DNA of 41,585 nt, taken from Candidatus Nomurabacteria bacterium. Lineage in GTDB: Bacteria > Patescibacteriota > Minisyncoccia > Phycocordibacterales > UBA9973. The notes beneath the pieces are model-generated. The model ran no database searches, was not told the DNA's origin, and saw only the letters and a list, made by a program, of their open reading frames with translations. Below, one piece after another: positions 36,087 to 41,585 of the stretch; the stretch's first letter is position 1, and each line of letters begins with the position of its first letter. The translations under genes and the position numbers were made by a program. The stretch spans positions 132,251 to 173,835 of the forward strand of contig JANPIZ010000004.1 in NCBI GenBank assembly GCA_031425235.1, given 5' to 3'.

Positions 36087-37019
36087 TTATCTTTTGCTAC
36101 GACTACGACTATGGTATTTTTTGTGAGTCTCCCGTAAATGTTTGTCAGTTACGTGGGTATATATTTGGGTGGTGCTGATGTTCGCATGCCCGAGCATTGC
36201 CTGGACTGAGCGCAGGTCAGCCCCGTTGCTCAGTAAGTCAGTGGCAAACATGTGTCGCATCACATGGGGAGTGACTTTTTTTGAAATCCCAGCCAGGGTA
36301 GCGTGTTGTTTCACGATGCGTTCGATTGATCTTTTTGTAAGCGCTTTCGGTATTTCTTTTTTCTTTTTAATTTTATTTTCAACTTGAATAAAGAGGGCGT
36401 CGCTCATGTCTTTGCGGGCTTTTAGGTACGCCCCGACAGAACGCTTGGCGTCTTCGGAGATAAACACCACGCGCACCTTACCACCCTTTCCACGAATCGA
36501 AAGCTCCTCGGAGTTTAAATCAATATCGGCCATTAAGGAACAAAGTTCGGACACACGAAGGCCAGTAGAAAATAAAAGTTCGAGGATGGCTCGATCGCGC
36601 AAGTCTTTGAGCTCAACTCCTTTTGGAGATTCTAAAAGCCGCTTGAGCTCAAGTGGAGTAATCAAATCGAGTGCTCGCTCATTCACTTTGGCGAGTTCGA
36701 TACGTTCAGGAGCCATCGACTTCACGTCTTGTCGTGCGAGATATTTCAAAAATGCTCGGAGAGCTATCAAATAGTAGTTCTGTGTTTTTTTTGAAAGTGT
36801 TGCCCCTGTAGCTCGATTATTACCTGTGCTTTGCCTGTTCAGCCACAAACGAAACTCGCGTACTGAGGTATCGGTAATGTCGCTCGGATGGTCGGTTTTA
36901 ATAAAATTTAAAAAACGAGTCAAATATCGATCATAATTTTCGACAGTATAGAGCGATCGCCCTTTTTCGATTTCAGTATGCTCGAGAAATTGGGTTTTGA
37001 GTTCTTTGAGCGATGCCAT
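36087..37019 (-). CDS. XerC/XerD-type tyrosine recombinase
   Basis: TGLRVSEL, GKGGKVR, H.MRH.FAT, LGH....TTQIYTH. Start ATG at 37019. Confidence 0.93.
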   Translation of the reverse strand: MASLKELKTQFLEHTEIEKGRSLYTVENYDRYLTRFLNFIKTDHPSDITDTSVREFRLWLNRQSTGNNRATGATLSKKTQNYYLIALRAFLKYLARQDVKSMAPERIELAKVNERALDLITPLELKRLLESPKGVELKDLRDRAILELLFSTGLRVSELCSLMADIDLNSEELSIRGKGGKVRVVFISEDAKRSVGAYLKARKDMSDALFIQVENKIKKKKEIPKALTKRSIERIVKQHATLAGISKKVTPHVMRHMFATDLLSNGADLRSVQAMLGHANISTTQIYTHVTDKHLRETHKKYHSRSRSKR

Positions 37020-37067
37020 GATGAAGATTATACCAATAATGCGCACTATTGTCGTTAGTATCATATA

Positions 37068-37992
37068 ACCTGAATCCGAAAACCCCTGTGCATAACCAAA
37101 AACGCAAAAAAGCACGATACAATATGGAGATTACGAATAACCATATTAAATATCATGCTTTCATTGCAAAGAAATCATATCATAGATTTGTATTGTGTCA
37201 TTCATGAGTTAGCCGAAAAAGAAAAAAAGAATCTGGGTGGTCGACCGGTCAAAATGACTTCCGTTGAGATTGTCACCATACTCGTCTGGAATGTTTGTGT
37301 GTTGAAGCAAAAAACCATTAAAGATATTCATCAGTCTTTGTTGCTGTATCATCAAAATGATTTTAAAAACATACCCAAGTACAGCGCATTTGTTGATGCT
37401 TGCCATAGAGCCATACCATTGTTTGAAAAGATTTTAAATATATTACTCGAAGATACCGCTCGCGTTCGCATTGTTGATTCGACCATGCTTCCGGTCTGTA
37501 AACTTGTACGAGCTGACCGGCACAAAGTGGCTAAAAGTGTTGCAAAATATGGGAAAAATCACCAAGGCTGGCACTATGGTTTTAAACTACACACAAGTAT
37601 TGATTTGAATGGGAGACTCGCACAAATATATTTCACTGGAGCAAACATATATGACGCCCAGGTGTTACCGTACATTTTAAATACTCACACAAAAGTTGCA
37701 GTCGGTGACGGAACATACCAAGCATCCGTTATGCGGAAAGCTATCTGGAAAAAATATGGCTGTCATATTGTAGCTCCGCCACATCCGAAACAAAACAAGA
37801 AAGTACTCACATTGTGGCAGCACAAACTACTTTCCATTCGTCCGAAGATTGAAACAGTTTTTGACTATTTGAAGGAGCATTTGCATTTGGTAACTTCTTT
37901 TCCGAGATCAGTGAAAGGATATTTGTTTCATTACTTAAAAACTCTTTTGGGGTATATGTTTTTGGTTCAGTGATGGGTTTTCGGATTCAGGT
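37068..37992 (+). mobile_element. IS982-family insertion sequence (925 bp)
   Basis: 18-bp perfect IRs acctgaatccgaaaaccc / gggttttcggattcaggt. 7-bp TSD TCATATA at 37061-37067 and 37993-37999. Confidence 0.93.
37155..37973 (+). CDS. IS982-family DDE transposase
   Basis: IVDST.LPVC, W.YGFKLH, GD..Y, R..IETVF..LK. Confidence 0.93.
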   Translation: MLSLQRNHIIDLYCVIHELAEKEKKNLGGRPVKMTSVEIVTILVWNVCVLKQKTIKDIHQSLLLYHQNDFKNIPKYSAFVDACHRAIPLFEKILNILLEDTARVRIVDSTMLPVCKLVRADRHKVAKSVAKYGKNHQGWHYGFKLHTSIDLNGRLAQIYFTGANIYDAQVLPYILNTHTKVAVGDGTYQASVMRKAIWKKYGCHIVAPPHPKQNKKVLTLWQHKLLSIRPKIETVFDYLKEHLHLVTSFPRSVKGYLFHYLKTLLGYMFLVQ

Positions 37993-38002
37993 TCATATAA
38001 TA

Positions 38003-38031
38003 TTGCAATTTTAGGAGTTTCGTGCTACTAT
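38003..38031 (+). promoter_or_regulatory. Leaderless promoter of rpsO
   Basis: TTGCAA-17 bp-(TG)TACTAT ending 6 nt before the ATG. Confidence 0.65.
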
Positions 38032-38037
38032 AAACCT

Positions 38038-38301
38038 ATGTTAGCTACAAAGAAAAAACAATCAGTTATTAAAAAACACCAAGTTCACGAGACAGACACA
38101 GGCTCTCCAGAAGTTCAAGTGGCTATTATCTCTGTACAAATCGACGAACTTGCAAAACATTTAAAGAAACACAAGAAGGATAATCACTCTCGCCGAGGTC
38201 TTATAAAGATGGTTGCAGATAGACGCACTCATTTAAAATACCTAGAAAGAACAAATAAAACTCGTTACAACGCTCTCCTAAAGAAAATGGACTTGGCTTA
38301 G
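38038..38301 (+). CDS. rpsO: 30S ribosomal protein S15
   Basis: DTGSPEVQVA, HL..HKKD.HSRRGL. Confidence 0.98.
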   Translation: MLATKKKQSVIKKHQVHETDTGSPEVQVAIISVQIDELAKHLKKHKKDNHSRRGLIKMVADRRTHLKYLERTNKTRYNALLKKMDLA

Positions 38302-38336
38302 TTCTAGTATTTCTCTTACTTTCTATTTAGTGGTAC

Positions 38337-38376
38337 ACCCTGTAGTAGAACTTTGATAAAAGTTTCACTACAGGGT
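38337..38376. repeat. Palindromic element / terminator after rpsO
   Basis: accctgtagtagaacttt-gat-aaaagtttcactacagggt. Related to 13971-14040. Confidence 0.7.
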
Positions 38377-38384
38377 ACAATTAA

Positions 38385-38828
38385 GTGATGAACAGCGTTC
38401 ATCAAAAAAGCCCTTTTATATTTTTTTCTATAGTATTACTAGTGTCGCTTTCGGCCCTTGGTTATTTATATTTTCGTAACTACACTACAAATCCAAATAT
38501 TTTTTGGGTTGATGCCTCTTTAAAAATCACCACGAACACGGGAGGATGCCCTCCGACGTTCCCATGTTATGAAACGTATTTTTTAAATTACGACGGCACT
38601 ATTTTACATAATGATGATCCAGCTGGAAAACTCTCGGAATCAAAAACTAAAAATATGATAAACAAAGCTTTTGATTTATATCGAGAAAATAGCTGCACGG
38701 CTCTGTATGCTGGCGATGAAACGCAAAATTATGAGCTCAACATTGACGGAAACGTATATGAATTTGGAAACGAGAAAGGGTGCAAAGAAATGCAAGATAT
38801 TATCAGAGCTATGCAAGAAGCAAATTAA
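38385..38828 (+). CDS. Hypothetical membrane-anchored protein
   Basis: N-terminal TM and four Cys in the exported part. Confidence 0.7.
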   Translation: MMNSVHQKSPFIFFSIVLLVSLSALGYLYFRNYTTNPNIFWVDASLKITTNTGGCPPTFPCYETYFLNYDGTILHNDDPAGKLSESKTKNMINKAFDLYRENSCTALYAGDETQNYELNIDGNVYEFGNEKGCKEMQDIIRAMQEAN

Positions 38829-38836
38829 TACATAAT

Positions 38837-38869
38837 TTCCGCCAAAGGCGGATCAGCCTCTGGCTGAAA
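38837..38869. repeat. Short double-hairpin repeat element
   Basis: tccgcc-aaa-ggcgga followed by tcagcc-tct-ggctga. Half-copy tccgccctaaggcgga near 14344. Confidence 0.6.
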
Positions 38870-38878
38870 AGAAAATAT

Positions 38879-39394
38879 ATGACAGTTATAAAACATAAAG
38901 AACAAAGAGTAGGAGTATTCATCGATACTCAAAACTTATACCACTCAGCCCGCAATCTATACAAAGCGCGAGTAAATTTTGGCGCAGTTTTAAAAGAAGC
39001 AGTCTCCGGCAGAAAGCTCGTCCGAGCCGTAGCTTACGTGATCACAACAGAAGCAGGGGATGAAAAGAACTTTTTCGAAGCCCTCGGCAAGCTCGGCATA
39101 GAAACTAAAACTAAAGACCTGCAGATATTTGCTGGTGGCAGCAAGAAAGCCGACTGGGATGTTGGACTTGCGGTGGACGCTATAAAAATGTCACCAAGGC
39201 TCGACTCAGTAGTCATAGTCTCGGGAGATGGGGACTTTGTACCTCTCGTAGAATATTTACAGACCGGAGGAGTACAGGTGGAAGTAGTTTCATTTGGAAA
39301 ATCTACATCTGGCAAGCTCCGCGAAGCAGTAGATGATTTTGTAGATCTTTCGGAAAATCCTCGGAAATACCTTATAGGAACAGTAAGTCGATAA
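38879..39394 (+). CDS. NYN/LabA-domain (PIN-fold) protein
   Basis: VFIDTQNLY, K.DWDV.LAVD, VSGDGDFVPL, L....D.FVDL. Confidence 0.92.
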   Translation: MTVIKHKEQRVGVFIDTQNLYHSARNLYKARVNFGAVLKEAVSGRKLVRAVAYVITTEAGDEKNFFEALGKLGIETKTKDLQIFAGGSKKADWDVGLAVDAIKMSPRLDSVVIVSGDGDFVPLVEYLQTGGVQVEVVSFGKSTSGKLREAVDDFVDLSENPRKYLIGTVSR

Positions 39395-39439
39395 ATATTG
39401 AATTTTTACTTTAATTAATATTGAAGGTATAATATATAT

Positions 39440-41158
39440 ATGGCAATTGAAGCAAATATTACAAAAGGCACGGAAAGAAAAATAATACCTCCAACGAACG
39501 AGACGCCCGAAGAAAAAATAAATAGGTATGGAGATGACATTCAACAGTCCCAAGAAAATTTACTGAAAAAAAAGAGACGACTACAGGAGTTAGAAAAGGA
39601 AATACTGAATAATCAGAATACACTTTACTACACGAAAAATCCAATAAAGAAATTACTTCTTCCTAAAAAGAATGAGAGGCTCCAAGAGGAAATAGCTCGC
39701 ATTTCTTATGAACAAAAAGCACTTAAAGCTTTCATGGAAGACAGAAAAGAGTTGATAGAAATTACGCATACGCAAATGGGTAATAGTACTTTACGGCAAC
39801 CTAAAGCAGAAACTATAGAAAAAGAAAGCGGAAAAAACCTCAAAGGACATAAAGACAAGACAATAGGCGAAATCATGAAGATACTTGATGTTCAAGAAAG
39901 CAGTACACGTGAAAAAGTACGAGAATTATCTGAAAAAAAACAATCAATCTTTAAAACATTCAGTAAGTGGACAAGCAACATATCTTACAATGCTAAGCTG
40001 CTTCTTGTCTTATCAGGAGTTGTTGCAGGAGGTAGTTTTGCACTCAAGACAGCGACAGAAAACGATAAAGTAAGTAAACCTAATCCGATGACATATTCTT
40101 CAAATCAAAAAACAAATGATCTCGGTAATAAGGTTATAGATTACACTAGACCACAGTACAAAATAGAAGAAAAAGAAAACCAAGATGCTATCCTTAGAAA
40201 AGGAGAAGGGCCAGAACACGCAATTAAGAGACAGATTGTGAATAATTTAGAGCTTGCAAAAAAACTCGGATTTAAGGATGGTGGAGATATTAAAGAATTT
40301 GCTGAGAAGATGGCACACGAAATATTCAGTGACAGTGGCATAACAAGAAAAAAATTTGCAGTAGGTGAAGTTTTTGAGGTATTAGTTGGTAATACAGGGA
40401 AAGCAACATTAAAAGCCAAAGAATCACCTGTAGGGAAAATTAAAACATTAGAAAAAAACAGACTTCCTTCAATTTCTTATAAAGCCCCTCCGAAGCAAAA
40501 TACATATCGACCCTTTGTGGAAATACCACAAAAACAAGAAATCGATCCCATAAAATTAAAGAAATCAGAAAATGACACCGTAATGACTCCATCCCAAGCC
40601 GAGGAAATAGTAAACAATATTACAAATGGAACAATTGTAATATATGGGAATAAAGAATATGAAGTAGGCTTACCCTTGACTGCAATTTATGGAAAAGGAA
40701 ATTACAGACTACTGACCGGTAAAATAAATAAAAAAAGTGGGATGAAGATATCTAAAGATATGTCTAGAGAAAAGTTATTGAAATTAATACAGTCTGGAGA
40801 GATCACACTCAAACCGAAAGCCCCTACATTAAAAAATGAGACAATTAAAAACACTGAGCAAGATATTGAAGAAAAAACAAAAATAGCCCAGAAAAAGCTG
40901 ACTGAATTTATAATACAAAAAGGATGGGCAGAACTAGTGAAAAGAGGTTTTGATGACATCGGCACAGTAGAAGATACATTCACGGATGCTCAAAAAGAAG
41001 AATTTAAGAAATTTGTTCAAACAATGATGAAGCTAGGTTATCGAAAAGCTAATCCTAAAGAAAAAATACAGGAATTATTGGAAGATTGTGTGCGAGTGAT
41101 TATAGTAGAGCAAAAAGAAGATCAGCTTTATAAATTATTAACCTACACAAGGCAATGA
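39440..41158 (+). CDS. Hypothetical coiled-coil, single-TM protein
   Basis: K/E-rich coiled coil, TM near residues 187-202, long extracellular tail. Confidence 0.75.
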   Translation: MAIEANITKGTERKIIPPTNETPEEKINRYGDDIQQSQENLLKKKRRLQELEKEILNNQNTLYYTKNPIKKLLLPKKNERLQEEIARISYEQKALKAFMEDRKELIEITHTQMGNSTLRQPKAETIEKESGKNLKGHKDKTIGEIMKILDVQESSTREKVRELSEKKQSIFKTFSKWTSNISYNAKLLLVLSGVVAGGSFALKTATENDKVSKPNPMTYSSNQKTNDLGNKVIDYTRPQYKIEEKENQDAILRKGEGPEHAIKRQIVNNLELAKKLGFKDGGDIKEFAEKMAHEIFSDSGITRKKFAVGEVFEVLVGNTGKATLKAKESPVGKIKTLEKNRLPSISYKAPPKQNTYRPFVEIPQKQEIDPIKLKKSENDTVMTPSQAEEIVNNITNGTIVIYGNKEYEVGLPLTAIYGKGNYRLLTGKINKKSGMKISKDMSREKLLKLIQSGEITLKPKAPTLKNETIKNTEQDIEEKTKIAQKKLTEFIIQKGWAELVKRGFDDIGTVEDTFTDAQKEEFKKFVQTMMKLGYRKANPKEKIQELLEDCVRVIIVEQKEDQLYKLLTYTRQ

Positions 41159-41439
41159 ATATAATTCAAGAAAATATAGAAACATACTTTGGTTTACATG
41201 AACTTCCGAGCGACCAAAGAGAGGAAATATTGATCCGTGTCGGGAATTTGGCGTACCAAAACATAGTCATCGCCTGCCTAGAAATTATGACCGAACATGA
41301 GCAGGATGAATTTAACAAAATTCTAGAGAATCAGGGATCCGTAGAGGAGGTTTCAGGCTATTTGAAGGCCAAAGTTAAAAACTTTGAAGAGATTGCACAA
41401 AGTGAGGTAGTAAAGCTGAAAGATAAGATAACCCTTTAA
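41155..41439 (+). CDS. Small acidic helical protein (DUF5663-like)
   Basis: GL..LP...REE...., E..EF, YL......FEEI...E pattern. Overlaps the upstream stop. Confidence 0.65.
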   Translation: MNIIQENIETYFGLHELPSDQREEILIRVGNLAYQNIVIACLEIMTEHEQDEFNKILENQGSVEEVSGYLKAKVKNFEEIAQSEVVKLKDKITL

Positions 41440-41455
41440 AACAAAGGGTTATCTT

Positions 41456-41585
41456 ACCTGAATCCGAAAACCCCTGTGCATAACCAAAAACGCAAAAAAG
41501 CACGATACAATATGGAGATTACGAATAACCATATTAAATATCATGCTTTCATTGCAAAGAAATCATATCATAGATTTGTATTGTG
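41456..41585 (+). mobile_element. IS982-family element, second copy (truncated by window end)
   Basis: 130 bp identical to 37068-37197, including the left IR and transposase start. Confidence 0.93.

Noticed and set aside
36087-37067. dif site near the Xer recombinase
   Set aside because: No convincing dif-like 28-mer seen, and the parS cluster argues for origin rather than terminus proximity.
37020-37115. N-terminal extension of the Xer recombinase in the ORF track
   Set aside because: It extends into the IS982 left end. The ATG at 37019 gives a normal-length protein.

Overview
AT-rich bacterial chromosomal window. Gene families, the many apparently leaderless genes and the short palindromic repeats suggest a Patescibacteria/CPR (Parcubacteria-like) genome; this is inference, not a database result. 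Housekeeping genes include metK (5'-truncated), pnp, a CCA-adding enzyme, murI, xth, an XerC/D-type recombinase, rpsO, a YraN-family gene, a ZIP transporter, a TMEM175 channel and four tRNAs (Gly-TCC, Pro-TGG, Gly-GCC, Arg-TCG). They are interleaved with small accessory cassettes that often carry flanking direct repeats, two toxin-antitoxin pairs and two identical IS982-family copies (the second is cut by the window end). A parS cluster at 26.4-28.0 kb suggests the region is origin-proximal. The most striking region is 16.8-22.3 kb on the minus strand. A near-consensus sigma70 promoter, divergent from a TrmB-type regulator, is followed by a ~650-nt structured non-coding leader. Five Shine-Dalgarno-led orphan genes follow, separated by recurring covarying RNA modules, and the unit ends in a structured 3' domain and terminator. 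A hairpin loop in the leader is complementary to the conserved octamer of the intergenic modules. The 3' domain is complementary to a 4x repeated decamer in the leader. This looks like an undescribed modular RNA-scaffolded gene-cassette system.
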